Shown: piece after piece, positions 47,973-57,354 of the stretch
How the letters are laid out: each line of letters begins with the position of its first letter
How positions within the stretch are numbered: position 1 is the stretch's first letter
Assembly: GCA_013151965.1 (NCBI GenBank)
Contig: JAADHF010000112.1
Span: 29,668 to 93,667 of the forward strand
Reading direction: 5' to 3'
Origin: Spirochaetota bacterium
GTDB taxonomy: Bacteria > Spirochaetota > Spirochaetia > SZUA-6
DNA: 64,000 nucleotides
Made by a program: the position numbers and the translations under genes
Notes under the pieces: generated by a model
Told to the model about the DNA's origin: nothing
Database searches by the model: none
The model's input: the letters and a program-made list of their open reading frames with translations, nothing else

Positions 47973-50687
47973 ATGCCGGAAAAGAAAATTAAACTGCTGG
48001 ACCTAATACGCCTCTCCTTCATCATCTTTTTGATTTCGCTCGCCGCTGCAATAGCGGTATTCCAGGCCATAAGCTCCTACCATAGTTTTAACAGCAACAC
48101 CATAAAGGTTCGATCGGATTATATAAAAAAGCAGAAATGGTTAATTAAAAGGGAAGTGGACCATGTTGTCGAAATAATTAAATACGAAAAAGATAAAGTA
48201 AAAGCAGAAGCAAAACAGGAAGTTACACATAGAATTAACGAAGCTCTGGATATCGCTGAAGATATCTACCTTCGGTACACCGGCGAAAAGAAAGATGCCG
48301 AAATTAGAAAAATGATTGTGAATACATTAAAATCGATCGGTTTTGATGACAATAAGAACAGGTACTTTATAAAAGACGCAAACGGAGTTCCCATTTTAAA
48401 TATGAAACCGAAGTACAGAGGTTTAAAATATAAGAAAACGGGAAATGCAGAGGAAAGTGCTTTTAAAATATTCAAACCCTTTAACTGGTACATCGGTACA
48501 GCTGTTTCCCCGGCCGATATCCGAAAAAAAGCACAGGAACAGCTAAAAAAATATATCGGGAAAATCCGTTTCGGACCTGATAAAAACGGATACATTTTTG
48601 TTAATTCATACAATGGCGACTGCCTTGTTCTTAACACTCAGAAAGAACTGGAAGGCACCAATATCTGGAATATTACAGATACGAACGGTGTAAAGGTAGT
48701 ACAGGAGGAAAGAAAAGCCGCGGAAAAACCGGGCGGAGATTTTATCTATTATACGTGGAATAAACCGTCCACCCGGGAACCTTCTCCGAAAGTTTCTTTT
48801 ATAAGGGGAATCGATGACTGGAAATGGATTATAGGAGCAGGCGTATATCTCGATGATGTGGAAAAGAATATAACAGCAATGCACGACAAATTAAAAAATA
48901 AATTAAAGTATGATTTTCTGCGCATTGCAGTGATAACAGGTTTACTCATTTCGCTTTTTTTATTCTTATTCCATTTAATAAGCCGCAGGATACAGAGTGA
49001 TTTTTTTCTGTTTATCTCGTTCTTTAAGCAGGCTGCTGTTTCCGATAAGGAAATCGATCAGAGTAAAATAAAATATGACGAGTTTTCCCGAATGGCTGAT
49101 TATGCCAACAAGATGCTGAAAGATAAAATGAAGGTTTACCATGAATTAGTGGAGGAAAAAGAACAGTTAGCTGTCACTCTGCGGTCCATCGGTGATGCAG
49201 TAATTGTTTCCGGCATATCCGGCGGCATCATACTTATGAACAGGGTGGCGGAAAAATTAACCGGATGGGAGCAAAACGAAGCAGCAGGCAAACCGCTTGT
49301 AAATGTATTTAATATTATTAACGAATACTCGAGAAAACCGGCAGAGAACCCGGTAAAAAGAGTACTGAAAAACGGAAAGATTGCGAATCTTGCCAATCAT
49401 ACCGTTCTTATTGCAAAGAACGGAAAAGAATACTGTATAGAGGACAGTGCGGCACCTATACTGGATAGTAAAAACAATATCAGGGGAGTTGTCCTTGTAT
49501 TTCGCGATGTAACGGAAAAGTTAAAGAAGGAAAAAGAAATGTTAAAAGTAAAAAAATTAGAGTCCGTCGGGATTCTCGCCGGCGGAATCGCCCATGATTT
49601 TAACAATCTTCTAACTGCAATTTACGGCAATATTTCCCTTGCCAGAATAAACGTAAAACCTGCGGAAAAAGCTTATGAGTATCTTGAGATAGCAGAAGAA
49701 TCTCTCCAGAGAGCAACCAACCTGACCAAACAGCTTTTAACCTTCGCAAAAGGCGGAGAACCTGTATTGGGTGCCGTTAAAATAGAAAAAATAATCGGGA
49801 AAACCGCCAAATTCATCCTTACGGGCAGCAATGTAAAACTTAATCTTTATACGGAACCCGAATTATGGCAGGTAAAAGCAGACAAGGGACAAATAAGCCA
49901 GGTTATTTCCAATCTGGTGATAAATGCAAAACAGGCTATGCCGAACGGAGGGAATCTGTATATCGATACAAGTAACGCTGATATAGGCATAAAGAACAAT
50001 ATAAAAACAGTTTCGCCGGGACGATATGTAAAGATTACCATTAAAGACGAGGGGATTGGAATTCCTAAAAAAGATCTCGAACGGATATTTGATCCGTATT
50101 TCAGCACCAAAGAGTCCGGTTCCGGCCTGGGGCTTGCAACAGTGCACTCCATTATCCAGAAACATGACGGGTATATATATGTCGATTCGATTCTTAACAG
50201 GGGAACTACTTTTACAGTTTATCTTCCTGCTCTAACCCCGGAGGAGAAAGAGCAAAACCTCCCATATAAAGACAGGGAATCCGTTAAAAATAATAATTCC
50301 GCTAAAATACTTGTCGTGGACGATGAGGAGGAGATTAGAAAGGTAGCGGGCAAGATGCTTGAAATTATCGGGCATACGGTTGAATTTGCCGGAAACAGCA
50401 GAGAGGCTGTCAATAAGTATAAAAATGCTATGAAAACAGGCAGCGCTTTTGATATTGTAATAATGGATCTGACAATGCCGGGAGGATTGGGCGGCAGGGA
50501 AACGGCAAAAGAAATACTTAAAGCTAATCCTGATGCAAAAATAATAGTTTCCAGTGGTTATTCCACAGACCGGATTATGGGAAATTACAGGGAATTCGGA
50601 TTTATAGGAATGGTTGCAAAACCATACAGACTTATTGAAATGAAAAACGAAGTTCAGCGCGTTTTACAGATACGGAATAACGAATAA
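47973..50687 (+). CDS. Hybrid sensor kinase: periplasmic double-Cache domain, PAS, HisKA, HATPase, C-terminal REC
   Basis: Two TM helices flank a roughly 290-aa extracytoplasmic domain. The H-box is AHDFNNLL. The ATPase boxes are present. The REC domain has LVVDDEEE...IMDLTMPG. Confidence 0.85.
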   Translation: MPEKKIKLLDLIRLSFIIFLISLAAAIAVFQAISSYHSFNSNTIKVRSDYIKKQKWLIKREVDHVVEIIKYEKDKVKAEAKQEVTHRINEALDIAEDIYLRYTGEKKDAEIRKMIVNTLKSIGFDDNKNRYFIKDANGVPILNMKPKYRGLKYKKTGNAEESAFKIFKPFNWYIGTAVSPADIRKKAQEQLKKYIGKIRFGPDKNGYIFVNSYNGDCLVLNTQKELEGTNIWNITDTNGVKVVQEERKAAEKPGGDFIYYTWNKPSTREPSPKVSFIRGIDDWKWIIGAGVYLDDVEKNITAMHDKLKNKLKYDFLRIAVITGLLISLFLFLFHLISRRIQSDFFLFISFFKQAAVSDKEIDQSKIKYDEFSRMADYANKMLKDKMKVYHELVEEKEQLAVTLRSIGDAVIVSGISGGIILMNRVAEKLTGWEQNEAAGKPLVNVFNIINEYSRKPAENPVKRVLKNGKIANLANHTVLIAKNGKEYCIEDSAAPILDSKNNIRGVVLVFRDVTEKLKKEKEMLKVKKLESVGILAGGIAHDFNNLLTAIYGNISLARINVKPAEKAYEYLEIAEESLQRATNLTKQLLTFAKGGEPVLGAVKIEKIIGKTAKFILTGSNVKLNLYTEPELWQVKADKGQISQVISNLVINAKQAMPNGGNLYIDTSNADIGIKNNIKTVSPGRYVKITIKDEGIGIPKKDLERIFDPYFSTKESGSGLGLATVHSIIQKHDGYIYVDSILNRGTTFTVYLPALTPEEKEQNLPYKDRESVKNNNSAKILVVDDEEEIRKVAGKMLEIIGHTVEFAGNSREAVNKYKNAMKTGSAFDIVIMDLTMPGGLGGRETAKEILKANPDAKIIVSSGYSTDRIMGNYREFGFIGMVAKPYRLIEMKNEVQRVLQIRNNE

Positions 50688-50691
50688 AATA

Positions 50692-51276
50692 TTACCCTCC
50701 TGTTCCATGCACCCATTTAAAAACCATATAAGCAACTGTAACTGCAATACCCTTATCCATTAAATTCACAGGGATTCTAGCCCAAAAGGCAGCCTGCAGC
50801 ATCGATTTCAGTGCCGTAAACAGTCCTATCGTAAGGTAATCCATGCTGACTCCCGTAACCCCCCCGAAAACAAACGTAGCTATTATGGCACCGAGTACGG
50901 CATTAACAAGAACAACTATAAGAAAAGTTACAATTGCATCCGGTACCGTACTGAATCTGCCATTCTTTACCATAAGGGCGACAACAATTGCAGTTCCCGC
51001 TCCGACCAGGCCGAATGGATAAATAGTGCCCGGAAAACACTGAAGTACCTCGATAAAACCATTCGTCAACAGACCGACCATGATTCCCGGCACCAGCCCG
51101 AACAGGGCGGCTATAACTGCCGTACCTATAGAATCCATAAAAAGCGGAACTGACAGTATCATGATTATACTGCTTAATGCACCGTTTATTACGACTGCAA
51201 GTGCACAACTTAACAGGACAAACCACAGTGACTTTTCCAGTACAAGTTCAATTAAGCTATGCCCAACCCTTTTCAT
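50692..51276 (-). CDS. ECF-transporter S-component-like integral membrane protein (substrate unknown)
   Basis: Six TM helices and a glycine-rich small-residue pattern typical of ECF S components. The start at 51276 (MKRVGHSL) was chosen, but SD spacing is poor and the start is uncertain. Confidence 0.5.
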   Translation of the reverse strand: MKRVGHSLIELVLEKSLWFVLLSCALAVVINGALSSIIMILSVPLFMDSIGTAVIAALFGLVPGIMVGLLTNGFIEVLQCFPGTIYPFGLVGAGTAIVVALMVKNGRFSTVPDAIVTFLIVVLVNAVLGAIIATFVFGGVTGVSMDYLTIGLFTALKSMLQAAFWARIPVNLMDKGIAVTVAYMVFKWVHGTGG

Positions 51277-51473
51277 TTCTCCATAATCTCTACTATTATA
51301 ATAATCTCTAACTACTTTTTGTAAAGAAGTATTTTTTAAAATAAAAAAGATGCATATTTTTTTGTATACGGCCTGCTGGAAGAATATAAGCTTACATAGT
51401 AGAATAAACGTATGACAAAGCAAAACAGACTATTAAATAGTTAACACCTTAAGACAAGGAGAAATAAGTTATT

Positions 51474-52499
51474 ATGAGAACACTTAAACCGATGGCTGCC
51501 GTTATCATCTTTCTTGCCGCCGCAGCAGGCCTCTTTGCAACAGGTCAGCAGGAAAAGATACCGACAAAGGTTGTACTCTACACAAGCGTAGATAAAAAGG
51601 ATGCAAAAAAGATTCTCGACGCATTTACAGCAGATACAGGTATAACCGCTTCTTTTGTTTATCTTTCCTCCGGTCCTGCACTGACAAGAATTACAGCGGA
51701 AAAAAACAATCCGCAGATAGATGCGTGGATGGGAGCACCCAGAGAAAACCACATTATTGCCAGAGACAAGGATTTAACAATTCCCTACAAATCCGGTCCC
51801 TGGAAAAAACTCGATGCTAAATTTAAAGATCCCGACGGCTACTGGAGATCCTTTTATATGAACCCGGTAGCCTTCTGTGTAAACACCGCAGCTCTTAAAA
51901 AGGCAGGAGCCCCCATGCCGGCATCATGGGATGACCTTCTTAATCCCGTTTATAAGGGTCTTATACAGGCTCCGACGCCACAGTCCTTTGGGATGACCGC
52001 TTACAATATATTAGCAAGTCTTGTAACAATGCGCGGGGAAGACAAGGCTTTCGAATATATGGCAAAGCTCAATAAGAATATTCAGACCTATACTTCTTCC
52101 GGCACAGCGCCTTCCAAAGCCGTAGCAGCCGGCCGGTGTGCTGTCGGAATACAGTTTACTCCCGCGTTCTTCCGGTTCATCGACCAGGGTTATCCTCTTA
52201 AGGTCATATTTCCCAGAGAAGGCGTAGGTTTCGAAGCTCCGGCAGTATCCATTATAAAGGGTGCAAAGAACCTGGAAGCCGCAAAGATCCTTGCCGATTG
52301 GCTTGTTTCTGAAAAGGGACAGGATGTTTTATCCGAAAAAAAGACTCACTTCTACCCTGTTAACCCGGAGGCAAAACTGGGCAGTGGAATGCCTCCTTTC
52401 TCATCACTGAAGTTGATCAGTTATAATCCGGAATGGGCCGGAAAAAACAAAAACCGTCTTGTAACGCGCTGGGTAAATGAAGTCCTGCCGGCTAAGTAA
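51474..52499 (+). CDS. ABC transporter periplasmic substrate-binding protein (SBP family 1; iron(III)/thiamine-type)
   Basis: It has a signal peptide and a type-II SBP fold pattern. No partner permease or ATPase genes are adjacent. Confidence 0.7.
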   Translation: MRTLKPMAAVIIFLAAAAGLFATGQQEKIPTKVVLYTSVDKKDAKKILDAFTADTGITASFVYLSSGPALTRITAEKNNPQIDAWMGAPRENHIIARDKDLTIPYKSGPWKKLDAKFKDPDGYWRSFYMNPVAFCVNTAALKKAGAPMPASWDDLLNPVYKGLIQAPTPQSFGMTAYNILASLVTMRGEDKAFEYMAKLNKNIQTYTSSGTAPSKAVAAGRCAVGIQFTPAFFRFIDQGYPLKVIFPREGVGFEAPAVSIIKGAKNLEAAKILADWLVSEKGQDVLSEKKTHFYPVNPEAKLGSGMPPFSSLKLISYNPEWAGKNKNRLVTRWVNEVLPAK

Positions 52500-52554
52500 G
52501 ATTTATATTTAAGGGGTGTGTGTTTCCGCACCCCCTGTTTAACATTCGGTTCCG

Positions 52555-53796
52555 CTATTCGTATTTTTTTAAAAGCATAACGGAATTATGTCCTCCGAAA
52601 CCAAAGGAATTGGAGATTGCAGCTTTAATTGTTCCTTCATATCCTTTATTCGGAACGTAATCCAGATCACATTCAGGGTCCGGATTTTCCAGATTTATAG
52701 TCGGAGGGAAATACTGGTTCTTAATAGCAAGAGCTGTTATAACAGCTTCCAGTCCGCCGGCAGCTCCCAACAGGTGCCCTGTCATCGATTTGGTGGAGGA
52801 AACCTTAAGCTCCTTTGCATGATCTCCGAATACCGCCTTGATTGCCTTTGTTTCCGTAGGATCATTAATCGGCGTGGAAGTGCCGTGGGCATTGATATAA
52901 TCTATATCCTCAGGTTTTAATCCGCTTTTTTTAATGGCAAGTTCCATTGCCCTGACTGCGCCTTTTCCCTCGGGATGCGGTGCTGTAAGGTGATACGCAT
53001 CGCTTGTTATTCCTTCTCCTCCGAGTTCGGCATATATTTTTGCTCCTCTTTTTTTAGCATGTTCAAGTTCTTCGATAATAAGGATGCCCGCTCCCTCTGC
53101 AATTACAAAACCATCTCTGTCTTTATCAAAGGGTCTGCATGCCTTATCCGGAATATCATTGAATTTAGTACTGAGAGCCTGGAGAATGCAGAAACCCGCA
53201 ACTCCGATCGGAGTAATGGCAGCTTCCGACCCGCCTGCCACCATAATATCCGATTCACCGGATCTTATCCATCTGTACGCCTGCCCTATCGCATCCGTGC
53301 CGGAAGAACATGCACTGACAACCGTATAATTCGGACCCAGCGCCTGAATCTTTATAGCTATATTAGCCGGAGCGATATTGCTTATCATCTTCGGAACTGT
53401 AAGAGGGTGAATAGTCATCGGTCCTTTGTTGTACAAACGTTTAAACGCTGTCGTTAACGTTTCTATGCCGCCTATTCCGTTTCCAAGAATAATTCCGATT
53501 CTTTCAGGATCATATTCCCCGATTTTAAGACCTGCATCATCCATGCCCTCAAGCGCGGCCACCATGCCGTACAATGTAAACGAGTCCATTCTTCGTGCTT
53601 CACGTTTATCCAGATAATTTTCAGGCGAGAAATCCCTTATTTCACCTGCCACTTTACTTGTATAATCCGCGGTATCAAACTTTGTAATGTTTCCGATTCC
53701 GGACCTCGAGCTCTTAATGCTCTCCCATAGTTCTTTAACATTATTTCCTATGGGGCTTACTGCACCCAGTCCGGTTATTACTACTCTTCTTTCCAT
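52555..53796 (-). CDS. fabF: 3-oxoacyl-ACP synthase II
   Basis: VVITGLGAVSPIG and the active-site Cys context SACSSG identify FabF. The GHxxGAAG motif is present. Confidence 0.9.
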   Translation of the reverse strand: MERRVVITGLGAVSPIGNNVKELWESIKSSRSGIGNITKFDTADYTSKVAGEIRDFSPENYLDKREARRMDSFTLYGMVAALEGMDDAGLKIGEYDPERIGIILGNGIGGIETLTTAFKRLYNKGPMTIHPLTVPKMISNIAPANIAIKIQALGPNYTVVSACSSGTDAIGQAYRWIRSGESDIMVAGGSEAAITPIGVAGFCILQALSTKFNDIPDKACRPFDKDRDGFVIAEGAGILIIEELEHAKKRGAKIYAELGGEGITSDAYHLTAPHPEGKGAVRAMELAIKKSGLKPEDIDYINAHGTSTPINDPTETKAIKAVFGDHAKELKVSSTKSMTGHLLGAAGGLEAVITALAIKNQYFPPTINLENPDPECDLDYVPNKGYEGTIKAAISNSFGFGGHNSVMLLKKYE

Positions 53797-53807
53797 AATA
53801 TTCCTCC

Positions 53808-54548
53808 TTAAATTGCCATTCCCCCATCCACGATGAGTACCTGGCCTGTAATATATGATGCTCTGTCAGAGGCAAGAAAAACAACTGCAGATGCTATTTC
53901 CTCCGGCTGAGCTGTCCTTCCCAGAGGTATCTGTGCTTTTAAGGCCTCTCTTGCTTTTTCTCCGATTTTCTTAGTCATATCAGTCTCCACGAAACCGGGG
54001 GCAACTACATTAACCCGGACACCGCGTGATGCCACTTCTTTCGCAAGGCTTTTACTAAAACCGATAAGCCCGGCCTTGGAAGCGGAATAATTCGTCTGTC
54101 CGGCATTGCCGGTTATTCCCACGATAGATGAAATATTTACTATAACACCTGACCTCTGTTTTATCATTATACGGGCAAGCTGTCTGCATGTAAAAAATGC
54201 GGATCTTAAGTTAACGGAAAGCACTTCGTCCCAATCATCCGTTTTCATCCGGAAAATAAGACCATCCCGTGTAATACCGGCGTTATTTATCAGAATATCA
54301 ACCGTTCCCGCTTCCTTTATTATCACATCTATTACTTCCGCTATACTCTCTCCGGACACATCCCCCTCTTTCCAGTAAACAGAAGTACCTGCGGATTCCG
54401 CTATATTCTCCATTTCCTTTTGATGTTCGCCTCTGGAACGGGATATGTAATAAACCGCTGCACCTTCCTCTAACAGTTCCTTTACAATTGCAAGGCCTAT
54501 TCCCCTGGACCCTCCCGTTACAATGGCATTCTTACCTTTTAAAAGCAT
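53808..54548 (-). CDS. fabG: 3-oxoacyl-ACP reductase
   Basis: TGGSRGIG, NNAG and YSASKAG are present. The start was chosen at MLLKGKNAIVTGG. Confidence 0.88.
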   Translation of the reverse strand: MLLKGKNAIVTGGSRGIGLAIVKELLEEGAAVYYISRSRGEHQKEMENIAESAGTSVYWKEGDVSGESIAEVIDVIIKEAGTVDILINNAGITRDGLIFRMKTDDWDEVLSVNLRSAFFTCRQLARIMIKQRSGVIVNISSIVGITGNAGQTNYSASKAGLIGFSKSLAKEVASRGVRVNVVAPGFVETDMTKKIGEKAREALKAQIPLGRTAQPEEIASAVVFLASDRASYITGQVLIVDGGMAI

Positions 54549-54553
54549 ACTTT

Positions 54554-55492
54554 TTATCCCTCCAGAATCTGTTTTATCGCATCCACAGTCCCTAAAGGAG
54601 TGCATACGATCTCCCTGTTAAAGGAACGCCACAAGCCGGACAATACCTTTCCCGGGCCTACTTCATAAACCGTATCAAAACCGTCTCTTAAGATGCTCTC
54701 TTCCTCTGTAACCCATTTAACCGTAGATACAACCTGACGAATACAGTAATCCTTTGCTTCCCGGCCGCTTTTAATCCTGTCTCCGGATACATTCGCATAA
54801 ACCGCCTTAACAGGATCGGAATACTCGATTCCGGAAAGCAGCTCAGCCAGTCCCTTCCGCGCATCCTCTAAAAGCGGTGAATGAAAAGGACCGGATACTT
54901 TTAACCTGATAAACCGCCTTGCCCCTGCATCCTTAAAGGCATCTTCCGCCTTATTAAGCCCGTCGGCAGTGCCCGAAAGGACTACCTGTGTAGGACTCGA
55001 ATAATTTGCAAGATAGATTCTTTCATTTTCCAGCCCGCCTAAAACTTCTTTTGCTTTCTCAAACGAAAGCCCTACTACGGCAGCCATTCCCGCATTTCCG
55101 GAAGAAGAATCAAGACCCCTGCTCGCCTTTTCCATTAATTCGCCGCGGACCTTTACTATAACGAAAAGATCCTGCAGTTTTACGATACCGGCTTCGTACA
55201 GTGCGGAATGCTCTCCGAGACTAAAACCTGCAAAACCTTCCGCATTTACACCGTTCTCTTTTAAGACGGTACTTGCGGAAAGATTTGCCAGAGTAACGGC
55301 AATCTGTGTTTTATCCGTAGCTTTGAGTTCTTCCTCCGTTCCCTCAAAAAGCAGCTTTTTAAGATCCATCTTTGCACTTTCAGATGCAACTTCGAAAAGC
55401 TCCTTTACTTTACTGCTGTAATCCCATAAATCCTTTGCCATGCCGGGATACTGAGCCCCCTGTCCCGGAAAAAGAAACACCGTTTTTCCCAT
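54554..55492 (-). CDS. fabD: Malonyl-CoA:ACP transacylase
   Basis: FLFPGQGAQYPGM and the GFSLGEHSA nucleophile elbow are present. The start was chosen at MGKTVF. Confidence 0.88.
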   Translation of the reverse strand: MGKTVFLFPGQGAQYPGMAKDLWDYSSKVKELFEVASESAKMDLKKLLFEGTEEELKATDKTQIAVTLANLSASTVLKENGVNAEGFAGFSLGEHSALYEAGIVKLQDLFVIVKVRGELMEKASRGLDSSSGNAGMAAVVGLSFEKAKEVLGGLENERIYLANYSSPTQVVLSGTADGLNKAEDAFKDAGARRFIRLKVSGPFHSPLLEDARKGLAELLSGIEYSDPVKAVYANVSGDRIKSGREAKDYCIRQVVSTVKWVTEEESILRDGFDTVYEVGPGKVLSGLWRSFNREIVCTPLGTVDAIKQILEG

Positions 55493-55694
55493 AAAAACCC
55501 CCCATAAGGTTACTTTGCGGGAAATTAACACATTAATTCCCTGTTGTCAAGTTAGATTTATTATCCCGCCGGCATACTTATTATAAGAGCGCAACGGAAA
55601 AGATAAAAGCACACGGATAAAATATTATTACAAATATACTGGTATATAAAAGAATTCAAATTACAGCGATATATAAAAAAAGTAAGAAAATTAG

Positions 55695-55723
55695 TTCCAA
55701 TAATAAAAAAACCGGTGTATAAT
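55695..55723 (+). promoter_or_regulatory. Candidate promoter of the cyclase gene: TATAAT -10 at 55718-55723 with an upstream TG
   Basis: GTGTATAAT was read from the sequence 18 nt upstream of the ATG, with GGAG at 55731-55734. No clear -35 element was found. Confidence 0.2.
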
Positions 55724-55740
55724 TTTTTCGGAGTTTTAAT

Positions 55741-57312
55741 ATGAAAGTAAAAAAAGAAAATGTTCTCGAAGAATTGGTGAGGGCGGGCTCTCTGCTTTCA
55801 CGCGAACTGGAATTTAAGTCATTGATTTCCACTCTTGTCGACCAATCTCTGGATATCACAAAATCGGATATTTCATGTCTGTATATTTCGAAAAATCCTG
55901 ATATCCGAACCGGTTATTCTCTTATCCACAGAAGAGGCAAGTATCCGGTTCCGCAGGAACTTACAGCCGAAAGCACGATTGTCCGGTTTATCGCCGAAAG
56001 CTGTGAATCGGTAGTATTCCTTAAAAGAAGAGAACACATTTTTCAGGAAGTACTTCTTAACAATCAGATGGAAAGCGGCATTGCTCTTCCCATATTTACA
56101 CCGAAATTAAAACTGGGAATTCTTGTTCTTAATTCACAGGTGCCTTTTTTCTACAATAGAGAAAAATTTAAATTTCTGGATTCATATACAAAATTAGCCG
56201 GAGGAATGCTGCACAATTCTAAGATGATACAGGAAATAAGGGAATACCTTAAAAAAATAGAAGAACTAAAGCGTTATCAGGAGAGCATTTTCTCTTCCAT
56301 GACAAACCTTCTTATAGCAACAGATCCACAGGGAAAAATACGCTACTATAACAGAGCGGCGGAAGAAAAACTCGAATTACAGAAAGACGACACAGGTTCG
56401 GAATTAAAGGAGCTTTTCAGGGACAGGATTAACGAAACAATACTCGGAACCGTAGATGAAGCGGGCAAAACAAAAACTGAAAATCTGGGAATAGAAGGTA
56501 TCTATAAATCACAGAAGAGAGAAATGGATTTTTCGCTCAATATTGCCCCGCTCAAAGGCGCCCGGGGCAGATACCAGGGGTTGACGCTTCTCTTTACAGA
56601 CCAGACATACGAACGTGAACTGCAGCAGAAAATGAAAAAGGTGGTCGAAGAACGGAGGATTATAAAAGATATGTTTTCCAGGTACCTTTCGCAGGAGGTT
56701 GTCAAGCAGCTTATGGAATCGCCAGACCTTGTCAAGCCGGGGGGGGATAAAAAAGAGGCAACGATATTTTTTGCCGACATACGCGGATATACCTCATTCT
56801 CCGAAGGGAAAGACCCTGAATATATAATAAAAATCCTCAATGAATATTTCGGCGAAGCGGTTGAAATCGTTGTTAAACACAGAGGATACATAGATAAATT
56901 TATAGGTGATTGTATAATGGCTGCCTGGGGAGTTCCTATGCAGACTGCTGAAGAAGATGCTTATCAGGCGGTTTCATGTGCACTCGAGATCCAGGAACTG
57001 GTTGCTTCGGAGAAGAGAAGTTTTTTCAATGGAGAGGCTTCTAAACTAAAAGTCGGTATCGGAATGCATACAGGCCCTCTTGTAGCAGGTAATCTCGGCA
57101 GCAGCAGAAGGATGAACTATACGGTTATCGGGGATACGGTAAATGTGGCTGCAAGATTAGAGGGAGTTGCCGGGCCCGGAGAAGTCATTATAACGGAAAA
57201 TACAAGGCAGTTTATAGGCAGTAGATTCATCCTGGAACAGAGAAAACCGGTTAAAGTAAAGGGCAAAACAAAGCCCATACCGATTTACAGCGTTCTCAAA
57301 AAGGCCGTATAA
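55741..57312 (+). CDS. GAF/PAS-domain class-III adenylate/guanylate cyclase
   Basis: The C-terminal CHD domain has FADIRGYTSF and GDCIMAAWG. GAF-like and PAS-like regions lie upstream. Confidence 0.8.
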   Translation: MKVKKENVLEELVRAGSLLSRELEFKSLISTLVDQSLDITKSDISCLYISKNPDIRTGYSLIHRRGKYPVPQELTAESTIVRFIAESCESVVFLKRREHIFQEVLLNNQMESGIALPIFTPKLKLGILVLNSQVPFFYNREKFKFLDSYTKLAGGMLHNSKMIQEIREYLKKIEELKRYQESIFSSMTNLLIATDPQGKIRYYNRAAEEKLELQKDDTGSELKELFRDRINETILGTVDEAGKTKTENLGIEGIYKSQKREMDFSLNIAPLKGARGRYQGLTLLFTDQTYERELQQKMKKVVEERRIIKDMFSRYLSQEVVKQLMESPDLVKPGGDKKEATIFFADIRGYTSFSEGKDPEYIIKILNEYFGEAVEIVVKHRGYIDKFIGDCIMAAWGVPMQTAEEDAYQAVSCALEIQELVASEKRSFFNGEASKLKVGIGMHTGPLVAGNLGSSRRMNYTVIGDTVNVAARLEGVAGPGEVIITENTRQFIGSRFILEQRKPVKVKGKTKPIPIYSVLKKAV

Positions 57313-57354
57313 ACGGGTTTACACAATTTACAGACGGCATAGGAGGTACAGAAT

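Noticed and set aside
52975-53457. 160-aa plus-strand ORF, with a shorter one at 53084-53329
   Set aside because: Both are antisense inside fabF.
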